NCBI GenBank assembly: GCA_963761305.1
Contig: CAVXGK010000002.1
Coordinates: forward strand, 416,001-480,000
DNA: 64,000 nt
From: an uncultured Gemmatimonadaceae bacterium
GTDB lineage: Bacteria; Gemmatimonadota; Gemmatimonadetes; Gemmatimonadales; Gemmatimonadaceae
Reading direction: 5' to 3'
Under the pieces are notes generated by a model. The model searched no databases and was not told where the DNA came from. It saw only the letters and a program-made list of their open reading frames with translations. Below, piece after piece: positions 9,077 through 19,002 of this stretch (position 1 is the first letter of the stretch; the number at the start of each line of letters is the position of its first letter). The translations under genes were made by a program, and so were the position numbers.

Positions 9077-11008
9077 TCAGCGTCCCCCTCCGTCCACCAC
9101 GTACGCCTCCATCGCGAAATATTCGGCCAATCCAAGCCGATCCAGCTCGGCGGCGGTGCCCTTGTTGCGCGCTTCGACGCGCTGCCAGAACTCGCGCTCG
9201 TCATAGCCGCCGGGGAAGGGCGCCGAATCCTTCTGTGATTGATGCTTGAAGATCGCTTGAATCTTGAGTCGCAGCTCTTCCTGCGACAACGGGACGAGGA
9301 ACGTCGCCTCATAGATCGGCCACTCCTGCCACGCGCCGCGATAGAGCCAGACCTCGGGCCGCGCGAACGTCAGCTCGTCGAGCGCGCCGTCGATCGCTTC
9401 CTTGCACATGCGGTGCGTGCCGTGGGGATCGGACAGATCGCCGGCGACGAAGATCATGTCCGGCTGCATTTCCTCGAGCAGCGCGCGAACGATCGCCACG
9501 TCCTCCGGTCCGATCGGATCCTTGCGAACCTGGCCCGTCTGATAGAACGGCAGATTGAGAAAGCGCGCCGCGCTCCGCGGGAGGCCGACGGTCTCGAGCC
9601 CGCTCACCGCTTCCGTCTCGCGGATGATGCGCTTGAGCGCCTGCACGTCGGGCGTGTCCACCTCGCCTGGTGTTTTGTTCTCCAGCGAGCTGGCCACGCC
9701 GTCGACGAGCCGGTCCACTTTGCCGTGATCGATCCGCTCTTCGGAGGCGAGTCGCGCGAGGAAGTCGGCGTACCGCCGGACGTCGTGATCGAACACCGCG
9801 ATGTTGCCGCTGGTCATGTACGCGACGGCGATCTCGTTGTCGTTCTCGACGAGCTTGCGCAGGATGCCGCCCATCGAAATCACGTCGTCGTCCGGGTGCG
9901 GCGAGAAACACACGATGCGCCGGCCGATGGGCAGCTTCGACTTGCCGCGGATCTTGGCGCCGAGCATGTTGAACACCTTGCCGTTCACGTCGCCCGGCGA
10001 ACCGAATTTCGCGACGAGCGACGACATGCGGGCGTCGGCGTAGTCGCGCTGCGTGAGCTTGAGGATCGCCTTGTTCGTGCGCTGCGAGAGCCAGATCACG
10101 GCGCGAACCATCAGGTCCGGCGTCCAGCGCACCTCGTCGACCAGCCAGGGCGTCTTGATCCGCGTCAACTCGGCGGCGGCGGCGAGGTCGATGTAGAACG
10201 TCGTGTTCGGATGCCGCTGCAGGAACGTCGCCGCGACTTCCATGTCGACCTCGCCCTCGACCGCGCGCTCGACGATCGCCGCCTTGTGCTCCCCCGTGGC
10301 GATGATCGCGATCTCGCGCGCCGCGAGGATCGTCGCGACGCCCATCGTGATCGCTTCGCGCGGGACGTAGTCCTCGCCGAAAAAGTCGGCGGCGGCGTCC
10401 TTTCGCGTGATGGCGTCGAGCGTGACGAGGCGGGTGTGGCTGTCGGCGCCGGACCCCGGCTCGTTGAAGCCGATGTGTCCCGTCTTGCCGATCCCGAGGA
10501 TCTGAAAGTCGATGCCGCCGGCCTCCTCGATGGCCGTTTCGTAGGCGCGCGTCGCGTCGGCGATTCGCTCGCGCGGCATGTCGCCGGGCGGGATGTGGAC
10601 GCACGTCGGGTCGATGTCGACGTGCGAGAACAGGTTCTCCCACATGAACCGGTAGTAGGAGTGGATGCTGTCCTTCGGCATCGGGTAGTACTCGTCGAGA
10701 TTGAACGTTTCGACGCAGGCGAAGCTCAGCCCTTCATCGCGATGCATCCGAATGAGCTCGCGATAGATCCCGATCGGGGTAGACCCGGTGGCCAGCCCCA
10801 GCACGGCTCGCTCGCCGGCCGCATTCTTTTCGCGAATCAGCTCGGCGATGCGCAGCGCGACGAGCTTGGCAATGTCGTCGTGGTCGCCGGCGATGACGAC
10901 GCGGATGCGCTCGCGTGGAACGTGGGGCGCGCTTCCCGGGGACGACGAAGGGGAGGCCGCGCGACCGAATTCGTCGTGGGCCTCCCCTCGTACGGCCGCC
11001 GGATTCAC
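9077..11008 (-). CDS. nagB: Glucosamine-6-phosphate deaminase fused to a PIG-L/LmbE-like C-terminal domain (start uncertain)
   Basis: LGLATGSTP, TFNLDEY and LGIGKTGHIGFNEPG; C-terminal FSPHPDDDVISMGG and DPHGTHR. Confidence 0.92.
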   Translation of the reverse strand: MNPAAVRGEAHDEFGRAASPSSSPGSAPHVPRERIRVVIAGDHDDIAKLVALRIAELIREKNAAGERAVLGLATGSTPIGIYRELIRMHRDEGLSFACVETFNLDEYYPMPKDSIHSYYRFMWENLFSHVDIDPTCVHIPPGDMPRERIADATRAYETAIEEAGGIDFQILGIGKTGHIGFNEPGSGADSHTRLVTLDAITRKDAAADFFGEDYVPREAITMGVATILAAREIAIIATGEHKAAIVERAVEGEVDMEVAATFLQRHPNTTFYIDLAAAAELTRIKTPWLVDEVRWTPDLMVRAVIWLSQRTNKAILKLTQRDYADARMSSLVAKFGSPGDVNGKVFNMLGAKIRGKSKLPIGRRIVCFSPHPDDDVISMGGILRKLVENDNEIAVAYMTSGNIAVFDHDVRRYADFLARLASEERIDHGKVDRLVDGVASSLENKTPGEVDTPDVQALKRIIRETEAVSGLETVGLPRSAARFLNLPFYQTGQVRKDPIGPEDVAIVRALLEEMQPDMIFVAGDLSDPHGTHRMCKEAIDGALDELTFARPEVWLYRGAWQEWPIYEATFLVPLSQEELRLKIQAIFKHQSQKDSAPFPGGYDEREFWQRVEARNKGTAAELDRLGLAEYFAMEAYVVDGGGR

Positions 11009-11009
11009 A

Positions 11010-11366
11010 CTAGGCCGAGAACGAACTTCCGCAGCCGCAGCCGCCGGTTGCGTTCGGGTTCTTGAACGTGAATCCTGATCCTTGCATCGACGAGACATAG
11101 TCGATGATCACACCGTTCATGTACTGGGCCGAGAAGGGGTCGACGAACACGTTCCACTCGCCCTGGGAAAGGACGAAGTCGTCTTCCGCCGGCTCGTCCT
11201 CGATCAGGAGGCCGTACTTGAAGCCGCTACAGCCGCCGGGCTGGACGCTCACACGCAGGCCGCCCTTGGCCGGATCGACGCCTTCCTGCGTCATGAACTT
11301 GCTGACCTCGGTGGCGGCGACCGGGGTCACGGTCACCATCACTTCGGGCTGATTCATCGTGCTCAT
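11010..11366 (-). CDS. HesB/IscA/ErpA-family A-type Fe-S cluster carrier
   Basis: GGCSGFKY and NPNATGGCGCGSSF motifs. Confidence 0.95.
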   Translation of the reverse strand: MSTMNQPEVMVTVTPVAATEVSKFMTQEGVDPAKGGLRVSVQPGGCSGFKYGLLIEDEPAEDDFVLSQGEWNVFVDPFSAQYMNGVIIDYVSSMQGSGFTFKNPNATGGCGCGSSFSA

Positions 11367-11552
11367 CTGGAGCCTCCGAATGGAGCGGCCAAGTCAAATC
11401 GGCCGAGAGACATACACTCTGAAATAATAGTGGATCCTACAAGGGGCGGACAGGTGGAGGGGGGCACAGGTGGACGGGAACCCAACGCTCCACCGGCCGG
11501 GCTACGATTGGCGTTCCCCTTTTCTCGCCCTACATTCGAGCTCGGAATGGCC

Positions 11553-13414
11553 TTAGTCCGCCGCCATGGACATCGCGTCTTTGGCGGCCAGGGCAGGCGG
11601 GGGGGCCTCGTTCCGGAACGCGCGAGCGATCCACGCGAAAGCGACCGCCGCCAGGGCGAGCAGCACGAGCCCGTTGCCCCACTCCCCAAAGACGATCTTT
11701 CCGATCCCGAACAACGTCGAGTACACGGCGACGATCCCCGCCACCCAGTTCGTCCAGGCCAGCGCGCCACCCGGAATCGACTCTCGGCCATAGCCGAGCG
11801 CGCGTCGAGACTCGCACCCAGCCGGGACCGCCGGGACGGACGCGCTCGTAGAACGACGCGAGCACGGCATCCGATTCCGGCGCCGTCATGAAGGTCACGC
11901 TGAGCCACACGATCGTGCTCGCCGCGACCGTGATGAGCATGATCACCGAGTCGGTACGCGGATCGTCGGCGGGAAACCATCGGCCCGGCACAATCCGGAA
12001 GCAGATCAGCGAGATCGCGAACGACGCGAGCATCGAGCTGATCTCTGACCACGCATTGATCCGCCACCAGTACCAGCGCAGAATGAGCACCAGGCCGGTG
12101 CCGGCGCCGATCGCGAGAAGGAATTTCCACGCGCCCTCGACCGACGACAGTTGCCACGTGACGAGCGTCGACAGCAGGAACAGCACGACCGTCGCCAACC
12201 GCGACACGCTGACGTAGTGCTTCTCGCTCGAGTCGGGCTTCAGGAATCGGCGATAGACGTCGTTCACCAGATACGACGCGCCCCAGTTGAGCTGCGTCGC
12301 CACGGTGGACATGTACGCGGCGGCGAATCCGGCCATCATGAACCCGCGCCATGGCGTCGGCAGCAGATCCACGAACGACTGCACGTAGGCCGCTTCGTGA
12401 TCGTGATTCGGACCGATGCCGTTCGGGTAGAGGATCACCGTCGCCAGGCCGGTGATAATCCATGGCCAGGGACGCAGCGCGTAGTGCGCCACGTTGAAGG
12501 CGAGCGTCGCCAACACGCCGTCACGCTCCGTACGCGCGGAAAAGATTCGCTGCGCGACGTATCCGCCGCCGCCGGGCTCAGCACCGGGATACCACGCCGC
12601 CCACCACTGCACCCCGAGGAACACGCCGAGTGTGAGAATCGGCATCCAGGCGTACGCCGTGATTCCGTTCGCGCCGAAGGAGATCGGAAGCACGGAGAGC
12701 GCGGCGGTCTCGCTCCCGAAGTGCGTCACGAGCTTGCTCTTGAGCATGTCCATACCGCCCACGGCCCGCACCGCGAACACGGCGAGCACGATCACCGCCG
12801 TCATCTTGATCACGAACTGGACGAGATCGGTCCACAGGACGGCCCACATCCCCGCGGCCACAGAGTACGCCATCGTGATGATGAAACAGATGCCGACGGC
12901 GACGACCTCGCCGGAGATCGTCATCCCGCCGATCTGTACCGGATGCAAGCCGAGCGAGATCGTGAGGATCTTGATCATCGCGCGAGTCACCCAGCCGAGG
13001 ATGATCAGGTTGATCGGGATGCCGAGGTAGAGGGCCCGGAACACGCGCAGTGTCGCCGCCGGCTTGCCGCTGTACCGCACCTCCGCGAATTCGACGTCCG
13101 TCATCACGTTCGCTCGCCGCCAGAGCCGCGCAAAGAAGAACACGGTGAGCATGCCGCTCATCAGGAAGTTCCACCACAGCCAGTTGCCCGCGACGCCGTG
13201 CGCCGACACCAGACCCGTCACGACCAAGCGGCGTGTCGGCGGCGAAGGTCGTGGCGACCATCGACGCTCCGGCCAGCCACCATGGCACGGCGCGTCCCGA
13301 GATGAAGTACTCGCTCAGACTCTCGCCGCCGCGCTTGGTGAACGCGAAGCCGATGCCCGCCGAGAGGAGGAAGTACGCGGCGACGATGGCCCAATCGATC
13401 GGAGCGATGTTCAT
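11553..13414 (-). CDS. Second SSS-family transporter, split by two apparent frameshifts (~13228, ~11803)
   Basis: EYFISGRAVPWWLAGASMVATTFAADTPL (ORF ending 13414) continues into WYPGAEPGGGGYVAQRIFSA (ORF 13227) and a C-terminal TM pair ending at 11553. Confidence 0.88.
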
Positions 13415-14631
13415 CGATGCGGACGGGAAGGAGGAGACTGATGGTGCCGGTCGAACTCGGCGACGACCGAATCGGCGAGCTGGCGGCGAACTTCGGTGAT
13501 CTTGTTGTTGTTTCGCGTCGGGTCGACGCGGTTGCTCAGCAAGACGACGAACAGGTCGCGCGACGGGTCAATCGCGATCGAGGTGCCGGTGAATCCCGTG
13601 TGCCCGAACGCCCGCGTCGACATGAAGTGTCCGGCCCACGCGGATGACGGGCTGGCGAATTTCATCCCGGGAAGGTCGGGCTTTTGCCAGCCGATGCCAC
13701 GGTTCGAAAACGTCGAGTCGGTGTACGCGGTGAACTGTGCGATCGTCGCGGGCTGTACGATTCGCACGCCGTCGAGCTCACCACCATTGAGATACATGCG
13801 CGCGAGCCGCGCGAGATCATGTCCGGAGCTGAATATTCCGGCGTGTGCCGAAACCCCGCCCAGGTAGTAGGCACGCTCGTCGTGCACCTTGCCGCGCACC
13901 AGACCGCCGCGGCGCGGGTCGAATTCGGTCGGCGCGATGCGCGGGAGGAGCGACGCGGGCGGCTTGTACATCGTCTCGTCCATCTTGAGCGGCACGAAGA
14001 CATGCTCGTGGACGTACGCGTCGAGCGTCTGTCCCGTGATCCGTTCGACGAGCTTGCCGAGCATGTAGGCGCCGATGTCGCTGTAGACCATGCGGACGCC
14101 GGGCAGCGTGTCGAGCGGCGTCGAGAACATGAGCTTCGCGAGGCTGTCGGGGTCGTGCGTGATCTCGTCGTACGCCTTGAACGCCGGGAGCCCCGATGTG
14201 TGCGTGAGCAGATTGCGAACGGTCACGCGGCTCTTGTTGGGGCCGGTCCACTCGGGGATGTATCGTTGGAGCGGCGCGTCGAGATCGACGCGGCCTTGTT
14301 CGACCAGTTGCATCATCGCCGTCGTGAGTCCGACGACCTTGGTGAGCGACGCGAGATCCCACAGCGTGTGTTCGTCAGGCTTCGGCGTGGGTGCCCAATC
14401 GAGCTGGCCGACGCCATATTCGGCGAGGATGCCTGCGCGCGTTCCGACGACGGCGAACGCGCCGGGGAAGGCGCTGTCGGCGCGAGCGCGGTTGAGCACG
14501 TCCTCGATGCGGCGTTGAATGGCCGCGACGAGTGAAGGCGATGCGCCCGATGGCGCCGGAGCCGGTTGCGTCATCCCGGAACGGCACGCGGCAACGGTGA
14601 CGAGAAGCGCGAGGATCGTGAGGCGATGCAT
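13411..14631 (-). CDS. Beta-lactamase-related serine hydrolase, predicted lipoprotein (AmiE/esterase-like)
   Basis: Signal MHRLTILALLVTVAAC; SLTK (SxxK), LLTHTSG, YSD and GHTGFTGT motifs. Confidence 0.88.
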   Translation of the reverse strand: MHRLTILALLVTVAACRSGMTQPAPAPSGASPSLVAAIQRRIEDVLNRARADSAFPGAFAVVGTRAGILAEYGVGQLDWAPTPKPDEHTLWDLASLTKVVGLTTAMMQLVEQGRVDLDAPLQRYIPEWTGPNKSRVTVRNLLTHTSGLPAFKAYDEITHDPDSLAKLMFSTPLDTLPGVRMVYSDIGAYMLGKLVERITGQTLDAYVHEHVFVPLKMDETMYKPPASLLPRIAPTEFDPRRGGLVRGKVHDERAYYLGGVSAHAGIFSSGHDLARLARMYLNGGELDGVRIVQPATIAQFTAYTDSTFSNRGIGWQKPDLPGMKFASPSSAWAGHFMSTRAFGHTGFTGTSIAIDPSRDLFVVLLSNRVDPTRNNNKITEVRRQLADSVVAEFDRHHQSPPSRPHR

Positions 14632-15933
14632 GCTCAACGTTGGCTGATGATGGCTGTCCTCGGCGGTGCGGCGGCATGTACCCACGCCGCGCCGACGACC
14701 ACGCCCGCTCCCGGAAACGCGGCGGCGAACGCGCCGGCGACCCACGTTCGCCCCGGCATCACCGTTCTGCTCGATGACAGCCTCGGCGTCGTGCGCGGAA
14801 AGCGAATCGCGCTGCTCACGAACCAGACGGGCATCGACGAGCACGGCGTGTCGGACATCGAGGTGCTGCGCGATTCGCGCGCCCGCGCGGCCGGCGTGCA
14901 GCTGGTGCGGCTGTTCTCGCCCGAGCACGGCATTCGCGGCACGGAGGACAGAGAGCACCTCGAGAGCGGGGTCGACGAGCGGAGCGGGCTCCCGGTGCAT
15001 TCGCTCTACACCGAGACCGCGATTGCGCCGCCGGACAGCTTGCTCACCGATCTCGACGCGCTCGTCTTCGACCTCCAGGACGTGGGCACTCGAACGTGGA
15101 CCTACGTCGGCTCGCTGATCTACGCCATGCGCGCCGCGGCGCGGCGCCACCTGCCGATCATCGTCCTCGACCGGCCCAATCCGATCACCGGCAACCACGT
15201 TGACGGGCCCATGCTCGACTCCGCGTTGGCGAATCCCAATGAGCAAAGCCCGCGGCGACCGGCGAAGCCGTACGCATTATACCCGTTCCCATTGCGGCAT
15301 GGAATGACGATGGGCGAGCTCGCGCGCTTCTACAACGAGACACTCGGCATCGGCGCGGCACTGCACGTCATTCCGGTTTCGGGATGGAACCGCGCGATGT
15401 GGTTCGACGAGACGGGACTTCCGTGGGTGCGTCCGTCGCCGAATCTGCCGACGCTCACCAGCGCGCTCGTCTACCCCGCGCTCGTCGCTCTCGAGGGAAC
15501 GAACGTGTCGGTGGGGCGGGGAACGGCCGACGCGTTTCAACGGTTCGGCGCGCCGTGGATGAACGCGTCGGAAGTCGCATCGCTGCTCAACGGCCGCCGC
15601 CCGCCGGGCGTGCGGTTCGACGTCGATTCGTTCACACCGGTGAATCCGGGCGACGGCAAATACGGCGGCAAACGCATCCCCGGCGTCCGCGTCGTCGTGA
15701 CCGACAGGAATGCGGTGCAACCTGGACATTTGAGCGCGCAGATCTTGTGGGCGCTGTCTCGCGTGAACCGTGATTCGCTGCGCATCAGCGACGCGACGTT
15801 CGACGAGCGCTTCGGCAGCTCGGCGATGCGGCAGGCCGTGCTCGCCGGCGATGATCCCGACCGGGTCGTGGATGGCGGACGCGCCGCCGTGAACGCGTTC
15901 CAAGCCTCAGCTCGGCGTTTTCTGTTGTACTGA
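14626..15933 (+). CDS. DUF1343 / NamZ exo-beta-N-acetylmuramidase-family protein, predicted lipoprotein (start 14626 or ~14647)
   Basis: LLTNQTG, LFSPEHG, FDLQDVGTRTWTY, VLDRPNP, RHGMTMGELA and WVRPSPNLP; lipobox GAAAC. Confidence 0.9.
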   Translation: MHAQRWLMMAVLGGAAACTHAAPTTTPAPGNAAANAPATHVRPGITVLLDDSLGVVRGKRIALLTNQTGIDEHGVSDIEVLRDSRARAAGVQLVRLFSPEHGIRGTEDREHLESGVDERSGLPVHSLYTETAIAPPDSLLTDLDALVFDLQDVGTRTWTYVGSLIYAMRAAARRHLPIIVLDRPNPITGNHVDGPMLDSALANPNEQSPRRPAKPYALYPFPLRHGMTMGELARFYNETLGIGAALHVIPVSGWNRAMWFDETGLPWVRPSPNLPTLTSALVYPALVALEGTNVSVGRGTADAFQRFGAPWMNASEVASLLNGRRPPGVRFDVDSFTPVNPGDGKYGGKRIPGVRVVVTDRNAVQPGHLSAQILWALSRVNRDSLRISDATFDERFGSSAMRQAVLAGDDPDRVVDGGRAAVNAFQASARRFLLY

Positions 15934-16193
15934 TTTGCGGCCAACGACAAACGTGGCGCGGCAGGTCGCGGCGAACAGCGCGGTAACAATTCCGGTTCCG
16001 GGGTATTCAACGGGGACGACCGCGACGCTCAGAGGCAGTCACGTTCGACGGTGCGGGGACCCATTTGCGTACCAACGTCACACCGAACGGAACGGTCAGC
16101 TTCCAGGCGCCGTAGTACGGTTGAGTCGATCGAGGCGCACCTGAGCGGCTGTTTGGTTGCTACAAGTGTCTGGAAAGGCTACTTTTACGCCCA

Positions 16194-16889
16194 ATGAAGA
16201 TTCTTCCGGACTGGCTCCAGAACGGATATCTCAGAGTCATTGATCCGGTTGCCAACTGGCTGGTCCGTCGCGGTGTGCATCCCAACACGATCACCGCCGT
16301 TGGCACCGTGTGTACCGTCGCCGGCGGCGTCATCTACGGCTTCGGGCACATCCGGACCGGCGGATTCTTCCTGTCCGCCACCGCCCTGTTCGACGTTCTG
16401 GACGGCACGGTCGCCCGGCGCTCAAACAAGAGCTCGACGTTCGGTGCGTTTCTCGACTCGACGCTCGACCGCGTCGCCGACGGTGCGGTGCTTGGCGGAC
16501 TCGCCGTTTTCTACGCGCTTAGCCCGCGATTCCATTCGGTCCCGATGGTTGTCGTGTGCCTCGCCGGAATGATCGGGGCGTTTCTCACGTCGTACATCCG
16601 CGCCCGCGCCGAAGCGCTCGGGCTGGATGCGAAAGTCGGCCTGCTTCAGCGGCCAGAACGTTCCGTGTTGCTCGCCGCCCCGCAGGCCCTGTTCGGGCTC
16701 GTGCTCAACGGCTGGGTGTTGGACCTCATCCTGGTTTTCCTCACCGTGACGGCGTGGATCACCGTCGTGCAGCGGACAAAGTTCGTGTACGACCAGACGA
16801 ACGACCGCGCCGACGCTCCCCCGTTGCCGCTCACCACTGAAAAGTCCTTCTGGCTGCGTCGCCGTGGTCGTACCGGCACGCGTCATTAG
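16194..16889 (+). CDS. CDP-alcohol phosphatidyltransferase (PI/PIP synthase-like)
   Basis: PNTITA and signature DVLDGTVARRSNKSSTFGAFLDSTLDR; SYIRARAEALG. Confidence 0.9.
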   Translation: MKILPDWLQNGYLRVIDPVANWLVRRGVHPNTITAVGTVCTVAGGVIYGFGHIRTGGFFLSATALFDVLDGTVARRSNKSSTFGAFLDSTLDRVADGAVLGGLAVFYALSPRFHSVPMVVVCLAGMIGAFLTSYIRARAEALGLDAKVGLLQRPERSVLLAAPQALFGLVLNGWVLDLILVFLTVTAWITVVQRTKFVYDQTNDRADAPPLPLTTEKSFWLRRRGRTGTRH

Positions 16890-16909
16890 CACGACAGGAG
16901 ATTGAATTC

Positions 16910-18223
16910 GTGGCATCGCCCACTATCCGTCCTGCCACCGGCACGCTCGGCATTCTGACGCCCGGGCTCGGTGCCGTCGCAACGACGTTCATGGCCGGCG
17001 TCGAGAGCATCCGCCGCGGCCATGCCAAGCCGATCGGCTCGCTCACGCAGATGGCGACGATCCGGCTCGGCAAACGCACCGACAACCGCGCGCCGGTGAT
17101 CAAGGACTTCGTGCCGCTGGCGCCGCTCGACAACCTCGTGTTCGGCGCCTGGGATCCGATTCCCGACGACGCGTATACGGCGGCGAAGAAGGCCGGCGTG
17201 CTCGAGGAGCGCGACCTCGCCCCGGTGTCGAAGTTCCTGGAGGGCATCAAGCCGATGCCGGCGGTCTTCGACAACAAGTACGTCACGCGCATCCACGGCG
17301 AGAACGTGAAGAAGGGGAAGTCGAAGCGCGACCTGGCCGAGCAGCTGCGGCAGGACATGCGCGACTTCAAGGCGAAGCACAAGTGCGATCGCCTGGCGAT
17401 CGTCTGGTGCGCGTCGACCGAGATCTTCATCAAGCCGGGCCCGCAGCACGCGACGATCCAGCAGTTCGAGCGGGCGATGGAGCAGAACGACGAAATGATT
17501 TCGCCGGCGATGCTCTATGCGTGGGCCGCGATCATGGAAGGCGTGCCCTACTGCAACGGCGCTCCGAACCTCGCCGTCGACACACCGGCCCTTCAGGCGC
17601 TGGCCAACGAACGCGGCGTGCCGATCTCGGGCAAGGACTTCAAGACCGGCCAGACGTGGATGAAGACGGTCATCGCGCCCGGACTCAAGGCGCGCATGCT
17701 CGGCCTCGCCGGCTGGTACTCGACGAACATTCTTGGCAACCGAGACGGCGAGGTGCTTGACGACCCCGCTTCGTTCAAGACGAAGGAAGAGTCGAAGCTC
17801 AGCGTGCTGCACACGATCCTGCAGCCGGAGACCTATCCCGATCTGTACAAGGACTTCTCGCACGTCGTGCGGATCAACTACTACCCGCCGCGCGGCGACA
17901 ACAAGGAAGGCTGGGACAACATCGACATCATCGGGTGGATGGGTTACCCGATGCAGATCAAGGTGAACTTCCTCTGCCGTGATTCGATCCTCGCCGCGCC
18001 GATCGTGCTCGACCTGGCGCTCTTCTCCGACTTCGCTCATCGCGCGGGGATGAAGGGCATTCAGGAATGGTTAAGCTTCTATTACAAGTCGCCGATGGCC
18101 GCTCCGGGACTGCAACCGGAACACGATCTTTTCATCCAGCAGACGAAGCTCAAGAACACGCTTCGGCACCTGATGGGTGAGGAGCAGATCACTCACCTCG
18201 GGCTGGAGTACTACCAGTCGTAA
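16910..18223 (+). CDS. ino1: myo-Inositol-1-phosphate (inositol-3-phosphate) synthase
   Basis: GLGAVATTF, GKDFKTGQT, NILGNRDG, GDNKEGWD and CRDSILAAP motifs. Confidence 0.93.
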   Translation: MASPTIRPATGTLGILTPGLGAVATTFMAGVESIRRGHAKPIGSLTQMATIRLGKRTDNRAPVIKDFVPLAPLDNLVFGAWDPIPDDAYTAAKKAGVLEERDLAPVSKFLEGIKPMPAVFDNKYVTRIHGENVKKGKSKRDLAEQLRQDMRDFKAKHKCDRLAIVWCASTEIFIKPGPQHATIQQFERAMEQNDEMISPAMLYAWAAIMEGVPYCNGAPNLAVDTPALQALANERGVPISGKDFKTGQTWMKTVIAPGLKARMLGLAGWYSTNILGNRDGEVLDDPASFKTKEESKLSVLHTILQPETYPDLYKDFSHVVRINYYPPRGDNKEGWDNIDIIGWMGYPMQIKVNFLCRDSILAAPIVLDLALFSDFAHRAGMKGIQEWLSFYYKSPMAAPGLQPEHDLFIQQTKLKNTLRHLMGEEQITHLGLEYYQS

Positions 18224-18240
18224 GACGAGGAGAGCCGGCG

Positions 18241-18702
18241 ATGCGACCTGTGGAGCGGGTGCGGCGAATCGGCGCGATGGTCGCGGCCGTCGTCGCGGTG
18301 GCGGCGTGCAGCGGCGACAACAGTCCTCCTCCGTTGCATCAGTTCACGCTGAGCTACGACTTCACGATCAAGCCGGACCAGGCGCCGCCGCACGCCCGCG
18401 ACGACATCCATTACACGATCCAGGTCTTCGACCGGAAGACGCGGCAGCCGATCGAGAGTGGCGAAGGCCAGCTCTTCGCGGGCAAGCCGATCGACGAGGA
18501 TGCGCCCAACGGTCCGCAGTCCAAGACGTACGACGGCATGGAGTACGGACCCGAGGTCGGCACGTATCACGCGAAGCTGAACTTCGTCATCCCCGGCACA
18601 TGGGCCGTGGCGATCCGCTTCCGCAAGGATTCGTTGCATCCGCTCGAGCGCACCGACTGGATGCAGGACGTGCTCAACGAACGCCCATCGAACACCCCCT
18701 GA
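18241..18702 (+). CDS. Hypothetical lipoprotein, YtkA/FixH-like beta-sandwich (start may be ~18277)
   Basis: Lipobox VAAC; GTYHAKLNFVIPGTW resembles the YtkA/FixH G-x-Y...G-x-W pattern; typical codon usage. Confidence 0.6.
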   Translation: MRPVERVRRIGAMVAAVVAVAACSGDNSPPPLHQFTLSYDFTIKPDQAPPHARDDIHYTIQVFDRKTRQPIESGEGQLFAGKPIDEDAPNGPQSKTYDGMEYGPEVGTYHAKLNFVIPGTWAVAIRFRKDSLHPLERTDWMQDVLNERPSNTP

Positions 18703-18995
18703 TGCGACACTTCTATCGCAGCCAAATGCAGCTCGCGGACGTGCTCGCCGCCGCCGACGAGTTTTTCCCCGCGCTCGGACTCGCGCAGCACACGACGGCG
18801 CCCAAAATGCGCACGTACACGGGACCGCTCGGCGCCCTTCGGCTGACGGTTCGCGCGGAAGGCGGGCACTACACGTTCGTGCAGATCGACACCGATCAGA
18901 TGGGCGAGAGTCGTCTCGATCGAAACGTCAAGAAATTCTTTGTTGCGCTGCACCGCGCCGACGACCCGGAACACCGGCTGACGTCGAGCTATTGA
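18702..18995 (+). CDS. Hypothetical protein (97 aa, MRHFYRSQ...)
   Basis: ATG overlaps upstream TGA (TGATG); GC3-rich codons. Confidence 0.65.
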   Translation: MRHFYRSQMQLADVLAAADEFFPALGLAQHTTAPKMRTYTGPLGALRLTVRAEGGHYTFVQIDTDQMGESRLDRNVKKFFVALHRADDPEHRLTSSY

Positions 18996-19002
18996 TGCGC
19001 TG

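Noticed and set aside
13411..14631. Antibiotic-resistance beta-lactamase
   Set aside because: The motifs are shared by the wider serine hydrolase family, and the amino-sugar salvage context favours an amidase or esterase role
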